A stretch of 64,000 bases of DNA, taken from the NCBI GenBank assembly GCA_051362555.1, contig CM120640.1, positions 5,208,001 to 5,272,000 on the forward strand, read 5' to 3'. This stretch comes from Lingula anatina. Taxonomy: Eukaryota; Animalia; Brachiopoda. The translations under genes and the position numbers were made by a program. The notes beneath the pieces are model-generated. The model was not told where the DNA came from. It did not search any database and worked only from the letters and a program-made list of their open reading frames with translations. This document shows positions 1 through 11,672 of the stretch, in pieces. Position 1 is the stretch's first letter, and each line of letters begins with the position of its first letter.

Positions 1-410
1 TTGTTTATTCTCCTCTCTGTCTTTACCAGTTATAAAATATTCATCAATCAACGATGGTTTAAACTGAAATAAAAAAAATTAAACAAATAAATAAATAAAT
101 AAAATACTTAACTACTTTAATGCAATAATTACAATGGGAATAATCTAGAATGCTGTAATTGAGAAATCTGCACTAGCGCAATACAGCACAATTTAGGCAC
201 CAACATCTTTGAGACAACTAGCACAATTTGTGTAACATGAGACAGCAGAGAAAGCATGAAGCACATTACTCCTTCAGAATATCCGATTGAACCTTAAACA
301 TGTTTTACTTATAAAGATTCTACCGCATAAGACAAGACACGTGTGTCATAAAAACCATTCAATTTCACAGCAGAGAACTAGTACAGAGTAGATAAATCAA
401 TTAAAATCAG

Positions 411-500
411 TGTGGGTCAAACTGCTTCTCAGTAAGCATTAAACTCAAAAACATCAATGTGGGTCAAACTGCTTCTCAGTAAGCGTTAAACTCAAAAACA
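411..500. repeat. 47-bp tandem duplication
   Basis: TGTGGGTCAAACTGCTTCTCAGTAAGCRTTAAACTCAAAAACA repeated at 411 and 458. Confidence 0.85.
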
Positions 501-976
501 AGCCAAAAACAACAATTCACTTAACTAAGCGCATCTTAATTTCTCTCCAGTTACAAAAAATGACATTAAAAACAATTTTATTCACATTTCTGGTTGGACA
601 GGGTTCTCAATCAAAACACGTTTTCTTCTTCACTAGAACTGAACAAAGGAATGTGCTGTGCTCTCTGGCTAGGAAATTTAAACCCCCTCAAGAAATCTCA
701 TTAAAAGACAATCAAAAGAAACTATATGCTACTTAATACTTCCTATGAGCAATAGGGGTCAGCACCTTACAGCCTACTCTTATTAGCCATTGGCAATACA
801 GGGCAGAACTTATAGTTAGATTAAATGTTCAGCTATCTAGAAATTTGCCAGGTGTTACAAGTTGTAAATTTAACAAATTTGTATAGGATTAAAAGAAAAT
901 TTCTATTTTAAATTTCGGTATTTAGTTACGTTTGTTTATAGCAAAAGAAGTAAATCTGAATATTTCCAACTTTCAG

Positions 977-3900
977 AGTACCTCCATTCCGAGCTAATAA
1001 GTACATCATCACCAATAGGGAGTACATGGAGTTTGTGGAGAGTGGAGGGTATCAGGACAGTCAGTTCTGGAGCAAGGAAGGCTGGAGTTGGAAACAGTAC
1101 AGACAGGCTAACCATCCACTGTACTGGGTGTGTAGTCAAGGTATGGGGGACCTTGACTTTTAACACACACACAGTTTTGTGCCAACAGCAGTCTTTAACT
1201 TCCACTTAAAAATGGAGATGTGATACATATTATAATTTTATTCAGTCACTTGCTAATATTTGATTATGTTTTATTTTTTGGCTAAAATGAATTTAAACAG
1301 AGTCCTTCCTCAATTTAATAATATTCAGTGTAGATATCAGGACTTAGTGACAAATTTATTGAAAAACTTACGTAACCAAACAAAATCAGACTACCAATTT
1401 AAACAACTAAAAAGTCTATTTAAAAAAACACTAGAAAAGATGGCCCAAATCCACCTATGATACATGTATATGTGTATTTCCTTTCTTGATATTTTCCTTA
1501 TCATTATGATATTGTTTCTTCAAGTCTTTTTTATCATTAGATTTTTTTTTTTGAAAATACATCAATTAAAAACAAATTACTTTTCTTACAGGCAGTGATA
1601 GTGAATTTACAGGCCAATAAAACAGAAAAAACTATAAATAGATAATTGGTGAAGAGCAGGTATGTAATAAAAAATGATCTTCATTTCAGGGTGTAAGAAT
1701 GGATGTGGCTCTAATCTTTCAGCAAGTTCACATTGTAGACCCCAGGATATGGAAGGCACCAACGAAAAGTTCAGGTCTGTGTATGGAATAGTTCTTACCC
1801 TATACCAGTTAGGTTTTTAGAAAAGTAAAAAAAAAAAAAAAAAAAAATGAAGATGAATTTGCTGTTTATAAGTTGTATGCTGACCAATTTAATAAAGCAG
1901 GCAGATCTGAATATAAGAATATAATTATGTTTTATACTGTGAATTTTGAATCAAGTGTGTAAGTTATCAAGGTCATATTACTTAAATTTCCCATTGGTTT
2001 CTGATTATTTGGTATTTCTACAAACAGCATGTATTATAGTCCTCGCTATGTATCTTTCAGATTCCGTGCTGTTTATGATGTCATTGATATGCCATGGGAC
2101 TGGCCAGCAGAAGTGAACTACCATGAGGCCAAGGCCTATGCTAAATGGAAAGGTCCATCTTATCGTCTGCCCACAGAAGCCGAGTACCACGTGATGCGAG
2201 GCGAACAGAAAGATGTGAAGGAAGGAGTGGCATGTGACATTGTGTACCAAGACAACTGCAATGCCAACATCAGATTTATTTATGGTTCTTCAACAGTTAG
2301 TGTCTTTGTCTTCAAATATCTTTAAATTTTGTCACTGATTATTTATTTTATTTTTATTTGTTATCTCACTGTTAATATTATTTCTGTTTTCAATGTATAG
2401 ATTCAAATGAATAAGAATAAATATGATTTTTATATCTCAGACACCAAGTAAGATTTAAACTGTTAATGTTTGGATAAGTAAAGTGAGCTTGCCATCATCG
2501 TCATTATAATGTATGTCTTTACCATCATGGTCATTGTCATCGTCATCTTCACCAAAACAGAACATAATAACGAGGGTGAAAAGCTCTACTCACATGTTTT
2601 GATTATCTCAAGATATTAACTTTCAGCCAGTGAACATGTTCCCAGCCACCAGTGCAGGTTTCCATGATGTATTTGGCAATGTGTGGCAGTGGACGGAGGA
2701 CCATTTTAATGGCTTCCCTGGGCAAGACACGCACTGGCTCTATGATGACTTTTCTACACCATGTTTTGATGGACGGCACAACATGATTATGGTTTGTACT
2801 AATAATGTTAATTCATGGTTAGATTTTTCTCTATAATAAAGTTATATTTTTTCTTCTTTTGCCAATGAAGTCAGTGTTCTTCTTTCTTTTTCTGAAGTTC
2901 AGTGGTTTTATTCTGAAGAATTGTGTGGCTTATCATATTTCAAAACCTTGAAGGTACAAAAAGACAAATTGGTCAAAAGAAGACAATCTTATTTATTTAG
3001 GGTTTTTGTAAGGGCAATTTGGATAAAAAAGTAAATTGATATAAGTAAACTAATAAAAAATGATATATGTACTGATATGCCAATAATATTTTGAATTTAT
3101 AATTTTTCCTACTTGGCTTAAAGCCACTCTTAGACTGCATTCCCATAGATTTAGATCGATCCATCTAGATCGACCTAACTCCCTGGGGGTTTATGCTAAA
3201 TTGCTGTCAGCTAAGCGCCCACGGTAGTTAATTACCTCCTTACAGCTTTTAGTAGGCAGGACAGACATTTAAGCCGGCTAAGCTGACAGTAATCTAGTGA
3301 GACTCCCCACAGGGATAGATTGATCTAAAATCTGTGAGAATGGGGTCTTAGTGTTGAGATAAATTAAAGAATTTCTTCTGGATATGAAAACCAAATGATA
3401 CAATATTTAAGGCTACTTAAATACCAAATAGGATACAAATGGGTTAAGTGTTACTAAATGAATTTTGAAAATTTGAGTTATTGTTTTACAGGGAGGATCA
3501 TGGATTACTACTGGGGATTCGGCATCGCGCTTTGCAAGATTCAGTTTCCGTCGGCATTTCTTCCAGCATGCTGGTTTCAGACTTGTGGAAAGTATTGGGC
3601 CTCAGCCCACTCCCCTTAGATTAGTGGACACGGAGGTCTTTGTTATGGGAGTAGGAATTGAAGGTATGATCAGGGTACATGTGAATGCCAGGTACAATAC
3701 GTAGTTGCCACAAACTCCAACACCTTGGACCAAAACACAACTAAGAATTTTATGATTTATGGAGTCTTGAGAAATTTTAAACTTGGCAATTTTTCTCTGC
3801 TGTACTCTACTGAAATTAAAATTATTTAATGTGATAATTTTTAATAATTTATGTTCATTTTGTGCATTTCTTAGAAATGGGATTATCAAGCCATTTTATA

Positions 3901-6900
3901 TCTTTTTGAATCATATCTCTCTTTTTTTTTTTTTTTTTTTTTTTTGTTATAAATTTCTAGGCCAATTTGTGCCAAATTTTCTTTGGTGTCATTTGTAATT
4001 CTCCATTGATTATCCACTGAAATTAATAGATTTAAATTGATGTCTTCACTTTTTCCTGAATCCTTTTGTCAGTTTGTAGAATGGTTTGATGGTGTTTTTG
4101 TAAAACTTACATTAAAAAAGCACTTTATTTAGTATTACAATGTAAAGAGAGAACAATTCGAGAATTTTTTAGTTCGATGCAGTTGTACGAGTGCATGAAA
4201 CCTTCTTTGCAGAATTTATGTTGACAAATGTTCCTGAGATATATGTCTTCATAATCTTTTAATTTTATATTCCTCTCTTCAGATAAAGTTGACCCCAAAG
4301 AAGTTAACCTCCCCAATGGGTTCACCTGGGTCCCCAGTACTAATCTCCAGTATCATTACGACACCGCCGAGTCCGTAAACAGACAACTACAGCTGGAATA
4401 TGGAGCTGGCTCCAAGTTCTTGGATCAGTTGTTGGAGCATGTGACTCGTACTGTGAAGCAGCATGGAACTGAGACCAGACGCATTCTTCACATTGGCTGC
4501 GGGGTGGGGAAAATTTCATTCCAGCTGGCGAAGCAGTTTGAAGAGGTGCAGTATTGGCATAGTTTTCTTCCTTGGCTTTTTTCTGTTTTATTTCCATTTT
4601 CCACTATGAAAGATTTGATTTATTATGTATCTGGATCGCTGATTAGTAATATAATGATTACATATATGATACACAAAGGATGTTGTGTTTATATGCTGTG
4701 CAGGTTGTGGCTGTGGATTTCTGTGGGCGTTTCTTGGATGCAGCCATCAGTCTGCAAAGTGGCAAGTCTTTGACCTACACAGTGGTAAATAGTGACAACA
4801 AAAGAGAGAAACATGAAGCTGTACTTGGAGACACCAGTGCAAGCAATGTGATATTTAAACAGGTATTTTTTTACCTTTCTAAAAAAATGTAAAGCTGAAA
4901 GTTACCTTCATCCATCATTATAATCTATGTGTTTTAAGTACCGTAGTTTCGTAGAATCAGGTTTGGTAATACTTTGATGTTTTTTGTGGTAGAATTTACA
5001 TTTTATGTTGATCATGCCATTGATCATACTGCCTCTATGTACGGTGCTTTCTTATTGAATACTTACAGTTAACATGGCTGCCAAATGAAATAGGCACCTA
5101 TGATGTTGTTCTCTTTGAGAACATTGACAGAGTCATGAACCCAAAGGGTATGTATCAAGAAGGTTAGATTATATATACACATTAAAAATTTTCTCTTCAG
5201 AAACTAGCCAACTATTCTTTCTGAATAACTACACTATTCTCCTTTTACTAAAATTGTCAAGATTCTACTGAATTATTTCTGTGGAGAATTGGGGAAGAGA
5301 TTTCAAATATTAAGCAGACATGAGCTTTTTCTGTGCATTTGTGGATTACTGCATTTTTTATGTGACCTCAGAGCATATAAAACCAAAAAATTTAGATAAG
5401 GTGTTTGTTTAATAAAGGTGTTTGGTCCCAAAAATAAAAGTTCATTTTTTTTTCTAAAACCTAGGCTCATGTCCGATTTCAGACAATTTATTTAAAACAT
5501 TTGAATGGCATGCTCTCAGTAAAACGATCAGCTATAAGCACTGTACAGAGATAGTGACTTTGGTATAAATTCCAGTGTAAAACTGCTAAAATTCCACTGC
5601 TAAAATTCTGGAGCAGAAACTGAATGATAGCCCTATCATTAGTACAGTTTTTAATGTGGTCTGTAGAGAAATCGCCTTGCCTATATAACTGTAGGTATTA
5701 AATGATACAGATATTAAAAGAAAAAGAACTGGCAAAAAGATAATTTTAGAATGTTAGATCGTCATTTTCTTCTAGACAATTTATGTAAGGCTCTCATCTT
5801 CACACATTTCAGGGGTCAGTTTAGAGTAGTGACCAGATTGGTAAATTGCCCTCAAAATGTTTAACATTACTAATTTTACATTATAGGGAGTCTTTATTAT
5901 CTGATTGACTGTTGTTAAAAATTCAGTGTTGCTTATTACTAAATTTGATAATCTAAGAAAACATGCATTTTTTAAACTAAATTGCACAGATGTTTCAGTT
6001 TCTAATGTAGCTTGGACAGCAATAAATTACAGAAGCATTTTAAAATTATTTTAATTAACTGAGTTACATGTAAGCATGTAAGGTTTATTTGCTTATTTGC
6101 TGTTGTTTTGTTATTGCTTTACCATAACACCCAAAATAAAGTCAATTGCAGTAGATGGTTACATGTGGAAAATTAATTATCTTGGAATATTCAGCAATTT
6201 TTCCTCAGACAGAGAGGTTAAATAAATCATATTTATATGTTAAAATGATGACTCATTTTTAATGGATAAAACTGTTATGGTAAAAATTGCTGAATTATTT
6301 GAACAAGAAAAATTATTTGTCTGTATGACCATCTGTCTTGTAAATACTCCATTGAATTTGTATTTCAGTTTTTTCTTTTGTGTTCCAGCTTTTTAGTCTA
6401 TTTTTTTCAACATTCATTATATTTCTGTACCAAGGTAATCATTATATGAAAAGGCTTTCAAATGACTTCCATAAAGCAAACTTTTCTCTCAGTACCAGTT
6501 TGAAAAAAGAAGAGATAAGAAGTTAATGATAAAGAGTGACTAGTTTAGTTGAATAATTCTTTGCTTTCTTTGTGTACAGCTTGGCTGCGTCGTCTGTGGG
6601 AAATTTTAAACAAGAAAGGTGTTTTGATCATAATCTCCACAAAGGGATGGGATCAGGCCAAGTTGAGACCATACATCCAAGACAGGTAAATATAATCCAT
6701 ATTTATTCATTAAGATGTACCAGTAATATACACAGCTAATAACTTTGATTTACAGTCACTGAATGTAAATGAACTTTATTAAGTAAACATTACCATTATT
6801 TTGATGTTATTCATGGGTTTTCTGCACACAAGTTATATTTATACTTAATTTTTTGTGAAATAAATTTCTTGCAAAATATTCCTTGTACCAATTTATGATT

Positions 6901-7035
6901 GCCAATTTTATTTTAACAAAAAGGTTACAGTGTAGTGAAACACACAGCCTCCCGTATTATGAGCTTGGAGGGAACAAGAAGCAAGTGAACTACACCGTGT
7001 GGCACCTCAAGTCCAGTGGTTACTTCCATGGCTAG
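977..7035 (+). CDS. OvoA: Ovothiol biosynthesis enzyme OvoA (5-histidylcysteine sulfoxide synthase; FGE-sulfatase domain plus C-terminal SAM methyltransferase), 5'-partial, multi-exon
   Basis: GT-AG exons in continuous frame: 977-1140, 1690-1774, 2061-2295, 2627-2791, 3492-3663, 4283-4545, 4704-4862, 5069-5147, 6580-6685, ~6924-7035. The translation has OvoA-type motifs ITNREYMEFVESGGY, PWDWPAEVNYHEAKAY, RLPTEAEY, DVFGNVWQW, LYDDFSTPCFDGRHN, GGSWITTG and FRRHFFQHAGFRLV, followed by a methyltransferase region (LHIGCGVG, VVAVDF). The N-terminal DinB domain lies upstream of the window. The last-exon acceptor is ambiguous. Confidence 0.92.
3133..3347. mobile_element. Tourist/Harbinger-like MITE (TTA TSD) in an OvoA intron
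   Basis: TTA|GACTGCATTCCCATAGATTTAGATC ... GATCTAAAATCTGTGAGAATGGGGTC|TTA. A reverse-orientation relative lies at ~21905-22105. Confidence 0.7.
5315..5475. mobile_element. Small MITE family with CAGACATGAGC TIRs, copy 1
   Basis: CAGACATGAGC ... GCTCATGTCCG. The interior is the reverse complement of copies 2 and 3. Confidence 0.65.
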
Positions 7036-10000
7036 ACTGACCATATTACCTCACTGGCTAATAAAGGAAAGCCATGCCTCCCAAGTCCAGCAAGCAAGAC
7101 GGTCCTTTTTTTTCTAATTAGAACTGATTATTTGAACCACTTTTACTTTGAACTGTTTGACCAAGAAAGGTACAGTGTACCATCAGTTGCATCTAATAAT
7201 CTATGTTAGAATGAAAGACAGTGAGGAAAACAAAATTACTTACTAACAATATTTACAGGAGACAAACCTTGAAAAAATTATAAGTTTGTTGTATGTTAAT
7301 TCTTATCTTTGTGGTATTTTGTTAGATGTCATCTTACATACATGAGTACTAGTATGTTTCCTTCATTGTATTCTGTGAGGAAAAATGTCAAAGTGTTGGA
7401 TAATCTGTAAAATATCTTAATTTATGAAATAACTGTGGTACAGACATACTTAACAAATTTCAAAGTAACAGAGGAACAGCTTTATAGATTGTTTTTGTTA
7501 GTTTTCTTTGTAGTAGCAGTTTGCTGTATGTATTTGTTTGCCAACATTTTTTTCTAAAAACAAAAGTGCACTTTTACATGTACATGTGTATATATATGGT
7601 AGCATTGTAAGTAGATACATTCCACATTCCTCATTCCTTAAAATGTGTAATTTTTCACAAACTTTTGTTAATTTTTTATTTTATGAGTAGTCCATTACTA
7701 GATAATCTTTTTTCTTTTGAGAGTTAAAAAATGATATTTTACAAATTGACTAAACTCCACTCTGATATTTAAAAATATAATATTATAAATATCTTAGAAA
7801 AATTCCAGATTCATATTTTTGTACCATTTTACAATGTTAAACCTTTTTTCTTGAAATATTAATTTTGGGACCCAGTGCACAATTGCAAAAACACGCTTTT
7901 TTTTTTTCTCTCATATATGTCAACAGTATTACCAGAGAGCTTTTCTTGAAATGACTGGAATATAGTTGAATAAATGTGAATCTTTGTATCTGACCTCGCC
8001 ATAATGGTATTGTATCTGACCTCCCTGTCATTGGGGAGGGAGGGGGTGTGAAATCTGGAAAAGTGACATCCCACTCATGAGTGAAGTTAAAGATATATAT
8101 ATTTCTGAATTCTACTTATTCTAAAATCCTGATTATTCTGGTGATAAAAAGGGGTAAATCTAGCTTATTCTGTAAATCATGGATAAAATTTTTTAATTCA
8201 TGCCTTGCTATTATGGGAAAATATTTAGTAATTAGTGTTATGCTGGTTAAGTAAGTAAAGTTTTAAAAGTAGCCCTTTTGGATGATATTTGCAAGTTATT
8301 ATTACTAAAAGAAACTTGGACTGCTCTAAAGGAGTTTTATGAGATGCAAATTTAATGACACAACTTGTCTTCAACCTCAAGTTAATTTTTTTCACAATGC
8401 CTGGTAACAAAGATTTGCAAATTACTTTTTAAGGGAGTGCAGTTTTGCCGTGTTTCCTGTAAAACATTTAACTGTGCCCTGTCACCATATCTTCTAGCTA
8501 ATCATGGATGTAACTGATATGAAGATTTTAATAGTTTCTAAAGAATTACAAAAGCATCAAACAGTTAAAAATGATGACGTGTGCCAAAAGACAAAATGAA
8601 GTATTTTTCAATTAAAAAAAAACGGGCGACACCAATTAGACACAAATGAATTCTTTAAAATAAACATTCTAGACATAATACTCCCAGATTTTCTACTTAA
8701 GTAAAAAAAGCTAGATCGATTGGAGAATGTGAGATGGTGGTGCGAGCCACAGTAATGAAGGTTTAAAAATTGTTTGTTTTTTGTGTGAGAACAGATAAAT
8801 CCAGTAATTATTTTTATTTTTTAAGTTGCCAGACTGATGTTAGTAATGTTCTTCTTGGACAAACAATGCTTTTATAAAATACCTTTTATAACATAAAAAG
8901 AATGTTAAATGGACCTATAATGAGAATGAGTGCCACGTTAAGTGACCAAAATTAGATAGTCAACTGCCTCTTTTAAGAGCTAGCTGGCTGGCTGTACAGA
9001 TTTCAAATGCCCCCTTTTCCATAGCCCTTAGGTAAGTAGGTTATCTAGTTTAAGTTTTCATTCATTTGATAAGGTGTAAATATAGTGGGGTGCCTTGAAA
9101 CCCCCTCAGTTCAAAGTTGGCAGTCTGCCAAGTCTGATTGGACCATTTCCATCAAGAATCAATAGAAAATAACCTCAGCATAAGTTTATTGACCAGAGCT
9201 AGCTATGGTTAATGTTGAATAAATACTTATTTACAAATAAAAACCACGTGACCAATGGTGTGGCGGAAATGATGCAGTCATAGACCATAAACCATTGACC
9301 CTCATCAAAAGATTGACGTATATTTCAATAACAAAAGCTGCAGCGTTATGTATTTACTTTTCTTTGGGTGCATTCAAATCTTCTGAATACAAGGGAATTT
9401 CAACATCGTGGTATATGAAGGCAAGTGGGGTGCACTTGTCTGATTTTTTTTCCAGTCTGGCAAGTTCCCAAATAACATTACCTCAAGTGAGGTCCCCTCT
9501 GCTCTTTGTTTTTGCACAAGAGCGGGTACTTAGTGCAATTTAGCAACAAAGAACATTCGTGGATGATGCAATCCTTTCACAAGATTTTTTCCAGACACTC
9601 TAACCTACTCAGAATAGGATACATTGTAAAGATGACACTTACTGTGGATACACATGAAAGAGTGTGATTAAAAGGAAGTTCAGGCAGTGCAATTGATTTT
9701 ATAACTGAGGAAAAAAAGCTTAAGTGCGGTCTCTTTTGTGGTTTTCTTTCAAAAATCAAATTAGAAAATGTACAATATTGACCTAAAGAAAGTTCAATCA
9801 AAAATGACGCAATCTTTTTGTTACGGATTTCGTCTAGACGTCTTTCACCATCCCAATGCTGGATGCAGCAGAAGTGAGACTAGGAGTGGTAAGAATAAAA
9901 ACATTTTCATCAACAAACACCTTTGCTAAACATTGCCTAACACTTTTATTTCAAACAAATGAAAACAAGCTCCAAAGGACATACACCACCTCTGTAATAA

Positions 10001-11672
10001 GTTTTAAGGCCCAGAACAACAGAAGTTGACTTGAGAAATTTGAAGAGATTTACACTGAAGCAACACAAAGTTCAGCTGCACGGGATGAGATTCCACTGGA
10101 ATAAATCTCTGCTATTTACATTTTTTTAAATTGACTTTGTGAACAACAATGAGCAGTGTTGTGCATATAATGGTCTGTACATATTTACATGATTACAGTG
10201 AATGTGATATGTCTGCCCTGCTTGGCACCAACATTTTAAGAAATCTGACAAAAGATATAGCACCAATACTGGAACAACTTGGGGATAGTCCTATTTATCT
10301 AACATCCACCATTGGTGCTGTAACATTACCCATACAAAATGTACTAAGTCTGAATTCCTACGTAGTAAATGAATTGTTCCAGTTTCCTGAATTATTTTAA
10401 AATACATATATTTGTCATTCTCAGCTGCCTTGATGCCAGGAGGACTGGGCAACTGGCATTTGTGTGTGAGTTCCAAGTTCCTTTTTAAACCCTGACCACA
10501 TCTTTGTGAAGGAAGTCATGATAAACTGATCGTGCCAGTGCACATAAGAGATAGCCAGCTGTACCAGGGGTTATACATCGCTGATCTGTACATTCACTTC
10601 TGTTTTTGACATGATTGACCCTTTACAATATTCACATACTTACAATTTAAATCAAAGCGGTCAACAATTATTTTATCTACATTACTAGAGGCTTTTCTCA
10701 GAAAAGTCTTCACAGCTAATTGCATACTCCAGTACACAGTTAAACTTGTAACCTACCATTGCTAAAAAATGAAATAAATTACACCACAACAGCACTCTAT
10801 CAACTTCTCCATAAAGATTAAGTGCCACTTTCCAATACATAAATGAACAAAAAAAGCACAACTTAACCATTAACTGCATTGCAACATGAAATAATTTATG
10901 CATCTATAAGGATTCAAACAGTGAATCTAGCAAAAACTGACTAATACGGATGAAAATGTTGAAAACCATGGAATGACTATGAAACGTATGTGCACACAAA
11001 ATCATACAGTCAAACTCTAGATGCTAGAAGCATCTCATCTCACAAGCATCTCAATCAGATCACTTTGGTGAAGATGAACGATGCACGAAATGGAGACAAT
11101 GTACAGATGATGTCCTTTTCTTACAATTCCTGCTTTAAACTGTTTCTGGAGTTGAAATAATAGTCTCACAATATGAGAATGAATTTTTTTTTTAATTCCA
11201 ATAAGTCTTCCATAGACAAATATCAAATTTCTTTCCTCTTTTCTGATAAATATGTATGGGGGTTTTTGTCATGGAGGTGGGCTGTCCGGCACCACCGATA
11301 TTTCCATCCTTTACTGACATGGTTCTTGTATGTTGATATCACAAAGTTGAGCAACTTGTCAGTTTTTTTCCTCCCAAGATGCAACCAGCTAGAACAGAAG
11401 CAGATAATGCTATCCCACAGATCTCCCCTTGTTATTATCCACAGATGTGAACTGCCTGCGTTTCGATGGCCCATTGTATAATAAATAAGAAATGATCATC
11501 CATTATAGTTTCAGATACAATTGCACAGTTTTTACAGGTCTCCGTAATGACCAACTCAGGTGGGCCATCTCTACTGCAGGTCTCTCTCCTTCCATCGATG
11601 ATCCTGTATTAGCAGACCTCCTACCTATATCATGGCTTCTCCTCCTGCTAGCTTCTTAATGTGAAGTTACTC

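Noticed and set aside
1592-1659. Exon-like segment with good acceptor and donor inside an OvoA intron
   Set aside because: It has an in-frame TAA and leaves only about 30 nt to the next acceptor. The OvoA frame is complete without it.
8468-8756. Weak inverted termini (ACTGTGCCCTGTCACCA / TGGTGCGAGCCACAGT) suggesting an old MITE
   Set aside because: The match is too short and degenerate, and there is no second copy in the window.
9200-11672. ORFs of 60-102 aa between OvoA and the receptor
   Set aside because: No recognisable domains or exon structure. The region is best explained as the receptor's long 3' UTR or intergenic DNA.
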